Shown in pieces: positions 13,213-22,816 of a stretch of 64,000 nt of DNA. Source of the DNA: Camelus dromedarius (lineage: Eukaryota); contig NC_087436.1 of assembly GCF_036321535.1 (NCBI RefSeq), positions 77,998,001 to 78,062,000 of the forward strand. The letters are read 5' to 3'. Positions within the stretch are counted from its first letter, which is position 1. Each line of letters starts with the position of its first letter. A program made the position numbers and the translations under genes. A model generated the notes under the pieces. The model was not told the DNA's origin, made no database searches, and saw nothing but the letters and a program-made list of their open reading frames with translations.

Positions 13213-14225
13213 TCAGTTTCCAAAATATACAAACAGTCCATTCAACTCAATGTCAAAAAACAAATAATCCAATCAGAAAATAGTCAAAAGACCTAAACAG
13301 ACATTTCTCTAAAATAGACATATAATGGCCAAGACGCATGTGAAAAGATGCTCAACATCGCTAATTATCAGAGAAAAGCAAATCAAAACTACAATGAAGT
13401 ATCACCTCACTCTGGTCAGAATGGCACTATCAAAACGTCTGCAAATAATAAATTTTGTAGAGAGTGTGAAGAAATGGGAACCTTCCTGCATCATTGGTAG
13501 GAATGTAAATTGGTGCGGCTACTATGGAGAACAGGATAAAGGTTCTTTAAGAAATGAAAAATAGAGCTACCATATGATCCAGCAATCCCACTCCTGGGCA
13601 TATCTCCTGAAAAGATGAAAAAATTCTAATTCAAAAAGATACATGCACCCCAATGTTCACAGCAGCACAATTTACAATGGCTAAGACATGGAAGCAACCT
13701 AAGTATTCATCAACAGATGAATGGATAAAGAAGATGTAGTATATACATATGATGGAATATTACCCAGCCATAGAAAGAATGAAATATTGCCATTTGTAGC
13801 AACATGGTTGGACCTAGAAATGATTATACTAAGTGAAATAAGTTAGACAGAAAAAGACAAATATTATATGATATCACTTATATGTGGACTCTAAAAAATA
13901 ATACAAATGAACTTATTTACAAAACAGAAACAGACTCACAGACATAGAAAACAAACTTATGGTTACCAAAGGGGAAAGGTGGGGGGAGGGATAAACTAGG
14001 AGTTTGGGATTAACAGATACACACTACTTTATGTAAAATGGATAAACAGCAAGGATTAAATGTATATCACAGGGAACTATATTCAATAACTTATAATAGC
14101 CTATAATGGAAAAAAATGAAAAGGAATATATAAATGTATAACTGAATCATTTTGCTACATACCTGAAACCAACACAATATTGTAAATCAACTACACTTCC
14201 CTAAAACATAAAAATTAAATAAGAA
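13213..14225 (+). mobile_element. 5'-truncated L1 (about 1 kb): degenerate ORF2 C-terminus plus artiodactyl-type 3' UTR
   Basis: ORF 13325-13564 ([30 protein letters not shown]) is the L1 ORF2 C-terminal region; UTR gactcacagacatagaaaacaaacttatggttaccaaagggg; A-rich tail. Frameshifted and non-functional. Confidence 0.96.
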
Positions 14226-15029
14226 AAGAATGATGCTTAGCAATATAATAGATTAAAAAAAATTCTTCCCGAAAAACTGTTCAGGAGAACGTGATACAGG
14301 GCTGGTAAGGAAGGGACAGAAGGAGAATGGCTGAGCCTACTTTGTGTTGCTCTCTATTTGCGGGATCTCAAAGTACTGTAAAAATATACCCCAGATGTTA
14401 GACGGTTTATTAAGAGAGTTCTTCCAGCTTTGGCTTATGGTCCGTCTGCCTTCCCTGAGTCTAATGGGTGGGCAGAGACAATCCAAGCAGCAACCCTGCT
14501 TGAGCACAGAACCCCTTCTCCTTCCAAAGTAAGGAAGTGTGTGCCTTTGGCTTGGCCTGTCATGCTTGGCTATTTTCTCTTAAAATGAATTCTCTTCCAG
14601 TGGCTATCACAGTCCCCTAACCTGAAAATCTTCTTTGGAGCAGACTCAAGAACTTGCCAAACATGCCCACATGTGTATGGGTAAACATAGCTGGAAGCAG
14701 TAAATACAGTTGGTTGTTTTTTCACCAGGCGTCTCTTCTTCACTCAGCACAAAAAGGCAATTGGTGGTCTGTCCTGTGAGTTAACCAGACACTGCCAGCC
14801 ATGCCTGTACTCCAGCCGGAGACCTGGCCCAGGCCCAAGCTGTCATTCCAATCTCTGCATAAATCATGCTCGAATTCTGTAAGCAGATATATACTTAGGA
14901 GCTGGTGAAGTGAGGGAGAATTAAGCTTTGAAGCTCTTCAAACATGAAACTAATGAAGATGATAATAAACAGGAGTTCAGGAATTAATCTAAATAGAAGA
15001 GCCCATTAAATCATTTATCGCTCCTTTAT

Positions 15030-15270
15030 TTTACTCAGCATTCATTTAGTAGGCACCAAACACAGTTTCTGGGGATCAAAAGATAAATAAAGATTTACTC
15101 CCTGTCCTTAAGGAGCTCAAGTCCAGGTATAAAGGCAGTCATGTAGAAAAGCAAATGACACCGTTATAAATCCTTTACCACAAGAAGGCAGGCACAACAA
15201 AGTGTATAATATTGCTACAATAACAAGCACAGAAAATGCTGTGAAGTACAGAGCGGGGAACAAGTATTTT
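15030..15270 (-). mobile_element. L2 fragment
   Basis: ctggggatcaaaagataaataaagatttactccctgtccttaaggagctcaagtccagg. Confidence 0.7.
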
Positions 15271-16235
15271 TTAATATAATCATTAGGAGGTCTCTAAATT
15301 GGAAAGATTTGAGAACATACAAAAGATGATGAGCTTTTAGGCTTTATTTTTTTGATACATGACGATTCCCAAGCCTGAATTTCTACCATAGCTTTTGTTT
15401 AACGTGCTTATTTCGGGGTTTATTTAGGGCATACTCAGAGTAGCAATGACCAGTAATGACCTTCAGCTTATGAAAATAGATCTCTAATAAAATAAACTCA
15501 TTTTACTGGGAAACTATTGGAACATCTTGGTCCTGTGGAAAAATACAGTTATGTGTTTACTGATAAATTACTTCCTGCTTATGTAACTGACCTGCCACGT
15601 TACAGCATCATTCAAGCAACATTTGGGGAAATCAAACAAATAAGCTTCTCCGAAGAGAAGAGATTGATTTCAAGTTTTTAAATTTGTTTGTTCCTTGCTT
15701 TTTTGTTCAGTAATCTGAGATAAAAGGTAAAGAGTTGAAAAACACATCTTTTCGTTTGGCATTTTTTTAATTACTTGGAAGTCATTGTAGCTCACTTGTT
15801 CTCTATTTATCTCTTTGAGCTAAATTGAGAGGGACAAATCTCTAAAATCAGTCATGGAGGCAGCTCCTAAATATCAATGGATTCAAAGATTTGGGAGCGT
15901 GCTCTACTGAGTCCACCATGTTTCTTTTATTTTTATGTTTCCCTTTCCTTTTCTTTATTTCAGTCTTTTGTTTTCAGCCTATCTGCTCATGCCTTGGTAT
16001 TCTCAGTGATACATCTGAAGGTTGCTCAGCTCTTTAGTGGACCTCAGTTTTAGTAAGTGACTGTGTGTGTTCATCTTGAATAGCCTAGTATAGACCTCTC
16101 CTACAGACTATATTCAAATATAGAATAAATATATTTGGTATAAAGTAGAAATTGATATAGGATAGAGAGTCATTGAATCCAGTGCTATGGGAGCTCATGC
16201 TTAATGAGCTAAATGTTTAATACAATCAGTAATCA

Positions 16236-16660
16236 TGTGTGGTGGACATCTGTTGCTTCTCTTGCTAGTAGCACCCTGGTTTTTTCCCTGGAGACTCACC
16301 CATCCCTAACTACGTCCACATCACCAAGTAGCCAATGAGAGTAGTGTATCACAGGACGACAGTGCTTACATCAGAAGTGGACACAGAATTCAAGAAGGGT
16401 AAATCAGAGCCAGCCCTGGGACTTCTGCAGGAACTAATGGGATGAAATTTCTGTTTTGGTGGGAGTAAGCTTGGAGCCATTGGAGCCAATCTGCTGCCTA
16501 AGAATGACGCTGTCTCAAAGAAGGAAAAGCTGAGATATGGAAAGACAGAAAGACACTCTGGTCCTAACATATTGTTTGAGCCCCTAGATCTAGCTGGCCC
16601 TAAACGAGTGTAACTTTATATGTTTCAGGAAAAACAGTCAATAAATTTCCAAATTTTTTG
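16236..16660 (+). mobile_element. MaLR LTR (MLT1K/L-like)
   Basis: Starts tgtgtggtgg; ttgtttgagcccctagatctagctggccctaaa...gtcaataaatttcc match old MLT1 3' motifs. Confidence 0.7.
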
Positions 16661-16704
16661 TAGCATATTGTTCTTATGCCTAAAGTTCATATTTATCAAA
16701 TTGA

Positions 16705-16815
16705 ATTCTTATTGTCTCTTGTCGGTTTCCTCCGTTACCTTGTAAATGCCTAGAGATCAGAATTCCTACTACCTGGCAAATAACAGATGCTCAGTAAATA
16801 CTTCTGTGAATGGAC
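16705..16815 (+). mobile_element. L2 3' terminus
   Basis: acctggcaaataacagatgctcagtaaatacttctgtgaatgga. Confidence 0.7.
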
Positions 16816-17170
16816 AATCCAGAATCTATCCTTAAAACAAAAATTATACAGCTATAGATTTTATAATGATCAAGTTACCATGTTTCTGGACAGGAAATGT
16901 TATAGTACTTATTTAAAAATATCTGGGAAATCCTTGGCACCAATACAAACTCTACTTACGGAACTGCAAACAAACAAACAAGATATATGGAAAGAAATGA
17001 CACTTTCTATTATAATTAAAGTTACTGGTATTATATACAGACGGACTAGATACCGACATGGAGTCCACAGTCTATTTCTTACTGTGCCTACCCTAATAAA
17101 TCAATTGCAAAATTATGTATGTGGTAAGCCCAACCTACAGCTTCACTTTACTCTCCTTAACTCTGTTAGG

Positions 17171-17209
17171 GTAAAAGGAATACCTCTCAGATTATGAACT
17201 CCAGAATGC
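17171..17209 (+). repeat. 39-bp direct repeat, copy 1
   Basis: gtaaaaggaatacctctcagattatgaactccagaatgc; 37/39 identical to 19943-19981. Confidence 0.95.
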
Positions 17210-18833
17210 TATAGTGGTAGAAATCATCCTTTATTCAAGTAAATACGTATTTAACAGTTTGGAATTTCTCCTTCTGTCCCACTCTTGAAAAGTCTACAAA
17301 TGGAAGACTAGGAATATCACTACCTGTCTCTGCTAAGACTGGAGGGGTCTACTTACCTGTGGACTTCTGGATAATTAGGAATTAATAACCAAGAAAGATC
17401 AATGACTCACAGAACATATAATCTGTCATTCAAGACAAGCAGTGTTTAGACTGGCAGAAAAAGGCAGAGGCTCATCACAAAACCTTAGTAGAATGAAGAA
17501 GGATGTAATTAACCTGTACTCTACTTCCTCAATCATGAAAGACTCAGATCTGAAAGGAGCAGCCAGACAAAACTGAACAGAACGGTATCACACCATACTT
17601 CTCTGGCATACCCAACATCTTTCCTGTCCTTGCCCTCACCGACATAAGCTTTTAATCTATAAGAGGGTGAGGCTCACCCACTGGTAGGAGTGGAATTATT
17701 GGTTGTGTCTTTCAAGGAAGTTGCCTCTGGGTTTTCTTTCTCTAACTTGGAGTTCTGCTTTAACTGAGGTCTAATTAAAAGTTCAATGTCTACTAGCTTC
17801 TTACCAGCACTGTTCACCTTCCAGATCGCTTGGCCTCGTTGTAGCAAAGAGATAGCATTTATCCTGCTACCTGCAGTCTAAACCAAAATTTTAAACACAA
17901 AGTATCCTTTATTTTATAACCACCTTATCCTTCCTTGTTTAGAAAGAAGTTGAGGTCTGTGAGAGTCTGTGGTCTGACATTTGGCATGCTTTGTTCTTTG
18001 GGTGTAAGCAATTATACAGCAATCCTTTGTATTGTTTCCTGAATTCTAATTACTACGAAGTTAACTTTGGAAGTTAACAAGCTTAGTCTTTCTTTGAGAA
18101 GTTTTGCTTTATATGGTCAATCTTAATTTTTATGAATATGAAAAACTGGGGGGGGGGGTAAAATTCTATTTGTTCAGTTCTTTTTAATCCTCTGGATTTA
18201 GAATAATCTCTGTTAAGCTTATGACTAGTAAGATAAACTAATTCTTTACCAAGAGGTTTCTGTGCTACTCCCTTGCAATGACAGTCTTTTTTATGACAGG
18301 ATCATAGTTTTAACAAATAAATAACAGTTTATAGCAACTGTTTTTACTGAAATGTTGTAGGAAGCATGTTGGTCTCAATGATCTGGCAAAAGGGCCTTTG
18401 AAAATATTTTGTGGGAGATGCTCTTACCCAAGTGAGTAGGAAGCAAATGTAGACATTTATCCTGTACTCCTGGGTTTTGTTGAGCACTCCAGCACACTGC
18501 ACTTTCTAGGGGTCACCTGGATACTTTAAATATAATCCACTGCCTCTCCTTTCACGGTTGTATCAATACTTCAATGACTTGTTACCAGGTGATACGAACT
18601 GCTATAGACATCCTTGAACTTCATTCAGATAAATTTTGGACTGTATTCACTTTCTTTTTCATGTGGTTTTTATCTTATTACATAATATGCATACGCTGAC
18701 TGTTTAAAAGTTAGAAAGACACATAAATGAAAGAAAATCCACCTGCAGTCCCACCACTTCCTCTTCACTTTCTAATGTTGGTGTGTCTAGATTTTCTGTA
18801 TTTTGGAATTTGTCTTTTCACTTAAAATTATGA

Positions 18834-18880
18834 TTGACACAACATTGTAAACGGACTATATACTTCAATGAAAAAAAAAC
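18834..18880 (+). mobile_element. 47-bp extreme 3' stub of a camelid-type L1
   Basis: ttgacacaacattgtaaacggactatatacttcaatgaaaaaaaaa flanked by aaattatga (18825-18833 and 18882-18890). Confidence 0.85.
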
Positions 18881-19519
18881 TAAATTATGAACAACTTTCC
18901 AAAATGCCATATTCTTTTAAATAGACTTGCTGCTTACAGACTTTGCCCCACAACCTTGAATCTACACACAGAACCTTGAGGTAACAACTCATGGCCTAAG
19001 TAGTCATGCCTATTTTTTCTGGAAAAAGACCCTCTTGTTTCTGCTGACTTACCAAGAGTTGTCTTCCTACACAGCATGGATAAAAATCATTTGGAAGCTT
19101 TCTTTGGATTTTGAGTCATTTTATGATACTGTCTCTCCAGCTCAGGTTTTTCCTGGATCAATAAAAATTTTCCAAAGTAACTGATTGAGCCAAAAGAAAC
19201 CACCAGAGAGCTTGCTTTACCAAGGACCCTGCATAGAAGGAGCTGTCAAATATCAGTAATGGTATTCTGGGTCCTGAGTGATTCAGCTTTGTAATAATCC
19301 TTGTGCCTGGCACGAGGTAAGCCTGGAGTAAACCTTGAATGATAAACAAAACAAAACAAATTACATTACAAATCCTAAATCTACAATATCAGTGCTGGCG
19401 GTCATGCATGATAGGCCACTGATTGTGCTTTTCAAATTTAAATCTTTAAATAATGTGAGATACTAATGAAAAAATATTTAATGAGGTGTCAATTTTATAA
19501 AATAACCTGGAAGTGATGA

Positions 19520-19770
19520 TACTAGTAATGGTCAACATTTTAAAGATTTGAAATGTACCTGACATTCAATATATGTGAGCCTTTACATGTACTCTTTTAC
19601 ATGCATGTTTCACAACAATTCTATGAGGCAAGTGTTTAAATCCCATTTTACAGATGGGGTAATGTAGGCACAGAGGGAAAGTCAACTGCCCAGTATCACC
19701 CAGGTGGCAAACAGCAGAGAAGGGTATATCAAGCTTTGTGTGACTCAGATGTCCTTTGCACCATCCTTAC
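19520..19770 (-). mobile_element. MIR SINE
   Basis: cacaacaattctatgagg...cccattttacagatggggtaatgtaggcacagag...actgcccagtatcacccag. Confidence 0.85.
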
Positions 19771-19942
19771 AATGTATGTGGCATTCCACAGATGTTGGAA
19801 TATGACTACAGAGTCCATCCCATTTCCATTATGCTAAATGTCACGATGTCTAGCAAAGCAGGAAAATGAGAAACTCTAATATGACCTACTTTTGAGTCCC
19901 ACCATTGGTTTGTCCAGTGATATCCTCCTCGTGTGGTTCAGA

Positions 19943-19981
19943 GTAAAAGGAATACCTCTCAGATTATGAATTCCAGAACGC
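19943..19981 (+). repeat. 39-bp direct repeat, copy 2
   Basis: gtaaaaggaatacctctcagattatgaattccagaacgc. Confidence 0.95.
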
Positions 19982-20569
19982 AAACTGACTGATAGTCAGG
20001 CTGCTCACTGAATACTTGAAAATAAACTTCAATGGCCTCCTTTTTCCTAAGAGGATCCCTTCCCTGGCTCTGAAAACATTGCCAGTGGTGTGGGAGCAAT
20101 AGTAGAGAAAAAGGTGAAGTGAAATGAATTAATAGAACTTTATTAATGCTAATACACATATAACTTATTTTCAAGGGTAAAGAAAACCATCATTCAAGAG
20201 AAATGAGCAGTCAGTATGAGTCATCCAACGCAGACAATAGCATGGCAGTGACACTGCTGTAGCATTAAGGAGAGAAACAGCATTTCTAAGGCTGCCTGGT
20301 GAGTCATTGGGCAGAAGGCCAACTGGCTCTTTACATAACATTTTTTTCCTAAGATACGGCTAACAAGCTTACATGACTTATTTAGCACCAAAGATGAGCT
20401 TTAAAGAGCAACCTGACTCCAAGAATAACCTCCAGTATCCAGGAGGAATAACTGTGGTTCTGTTCGCTCACTAACCCCAGTCATTCGGTGGTGAATATAA
20501 TATTTCTCTCAAATTTATTTTCTTTTTGTTTTCCTGTGACACTGCAGGTGGCAAAGTTTCAAAGAGGAT

Positions 20570-20900
20570 CCTCGGCACCTTATCTCAAGTACCTCTCAGG
20601 CTAGCTGAGATGGGAACCCATGAGCAGACGATTAAGATACATGGAAGTGCTATCATGGTCCACGGTTGCTCAGGACTCCGTGGGTGTGCAGTGATGGGGA
20701 ACGTGGACAGAGTGGTGGTAAGAGAGAACTCCTGAGAGATTTCAGGAAGGACGTGTGTGATCCAGGTGAAGAAAGTGGTGAGGGGTGCTCAAGGCTGAGA
20801 AGATCACGAATAAAGGCACAGAGGTGTGAGAACGCATCCTCAAGGAGCTGGACAGTTACGTATGAGTTATGTGTTAAGATGCAGATGGTGAGTGTGGAGA
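20570..20900 (-). mobile_element. Degraded L2 fragment
   Basis: aagtgctatcatgg...caaggctgagaagatcacgaataaaggcacagaggtgtgagaa resemble reverse-strand L2 blocks. Confidence 0.55.
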
Positions 20901-21874
20901 GAGGACATCTAGCAGTCTCTCCGTTAGTCACACGTTCTGTCCCTCGGCTGTTCACTAGATGATGAACTAACCCTTTGTGAATAAACATTAGTACAGCTTT
21001 GCTGTTTTGATCATGTATTTCTTCCTGGGTCTCAGTGTGGAGTATGTGTGTGTGCTTGGATATTCCTTCCTACCAAGCATCATCCTCAAAGTTATGGGCA
21101 GCGCAAAAGTGGTACCCTGAAAGCAAAAGTGGACATCAGTTAGAAAGCATCTTGCAAGTAAATTTCTGAGTAACAATGAAAGGAATGCAGAATGCTTTAA
21201 GCACGTAGGGATCACAAAACAACATTAAGTAAAGGATGTTTTCCAGAGCGAGGTACAAGTTGGATTCAAAAGAAAAGATAAACAAGAATCGGTATGAGGA
21301 ACATTTGTAACGTAATGGAAGTGGGAAGCCTCACACCACCTGTGGATGGGGGCGGGCGGGATTTACTTAAACAGTAGACTGGGACTTCGTCAAGAATCAA
21401 GGAGACTGGTGCTAGTATAACTGGGTTAAGTTAACGAGGTGGAAAGGCTGATCCAGCTAATCCTTATGAGAAATGGATGGAGTATAAGTTATAAATAAAC
21501 AAATTAAGTGAAGATTCTGATGGCCTGACAGAAAATAAGAAATTGGATCGAAACCACAGTAGCTCTTGGGTTCTTGAGAAGGGAACAATATCACGACTAC
21601 GAGGATGTCTGAGGAAGACGGGGTCTGGCAATAATTTCTCCCTCTCCACAGAATGGAGACACTGGATCCAAAAGACAGAAGGAGCCTGTGGGCCTCCTTT
21701 TAATGAACTTGTTTTGATATGATCAATTCCATATCAAAAACTGAGGAGACAGACTAAACGAACCGGAGGCTTTTGTTCCAGCCTTGATTTACTCTGTGCT
21801 ACTACTTCTCCTTTCCAGTCTGACAACCTAGATCTTTTTGTTTGTTTTTAACTTCTTTTGGTCTCTATGTTGGT

Positions 21875-21995
21875 ATGTTAGCTGAGGCAAGTCACATCAT
21901 CTCCCTGGGTACCAGATTCTTCAACTGCAGCACGAGGAGGAACAAACCATACTATCACTGAGAATGCCTTTCAAACTTAGACTTCTACGAAATTG
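21875..21995 (+). mobile_element. MIR/MIR3 fragment
   Basis: ggcaagtcacatcatctccctgggtaccagattcttcaactgca. Confidence 0.55.
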
Positions 21996-22543
21996 TGTAA
22001 GACAAATAAAATAAAATCCTAGGCAATTTCCCCCATGGATAAGAAAGCCCCTGTTGGTCCTCTGGAGGAAAGGACAGGGGATCTAGAAGGCCTGAGGGAG
22101 AGCTCTCAAAGTGATTAATCCAGTGTTGATTTCTATCTGAAATAAAGATATGTCATATAACTGCTGACATTTTATAATCATAGTAACTGACAGCATTTTC
22201 TCCTTCTTAGCAGTTCATAAAATAATGGTGTGTTATACAATTGAATTTCCCTTTAACTCCCAAATCCAGAGTATATACAGAAGCAGATCTTTCAAACCTC
22301 TAATGCAACACTATTTAGATGAATCAGGAACACAGGTAGATTGGGGACAAAGCCTCCCCAATGGTTGTCAGTTGTTATCTCAGAAAATTCTGCTGGACTG
22401 TAGGAGAGTTCCTCCACATCTTCTACTCAATCGAGGTCACTCTTAAATACCTGATTCTTCTACAGAAGGCTCAGGGTTCTGTTGGTTGATGCTTTCATTG
22501 TACTATCATCATATTTATCACCATCATTATTACTAATCTAGGC

Positions 22544-22816
22544 CAGTGTTTTTCAAATTGTGGACGGCAACCTATTTTGGATTTTATAGTCAATATGGTG
22601 GGTTATCATAAGATTGTAACAAATTGAGCAGCAGAGACTAAAACGGAAAGTCTCAGAGTACATCCCCTAATGGTGAGTGGGTCACTTCCTGAGACTTTTT
22701 TCAGATGTATCTACTTATTTACAAACATGCATATGTTCACAAATACGAGAACTGGTTTATGGTTTAAAATGTGCTTCTATTCTGGGCTGTGTTCAAAAAA
22801 GACGTAAAAATTGCTA
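22544..22816. mobile_element. hAT-Charlie MITE, same family as 5749-6012
   Basis: Same left end cagtgtttttcaaattgtg and similar length and internal layout; degenerate TSD atctaggc / ttgtagac. Confidence 0.75.

Noticed and set aside
13325..13564. ORF with clear protein homology
   Set aside because: A LINE-1 ORF2 remnant in a truncated element, not a host gene; the same applies to 40540-40782.
17171..19981. Direct repeat as CRISPR repeat or phage att site
   Set aside because: Only two copies 2.8 kb apart in clearly mammalian DNA; no spacers, cas genes or integrase.
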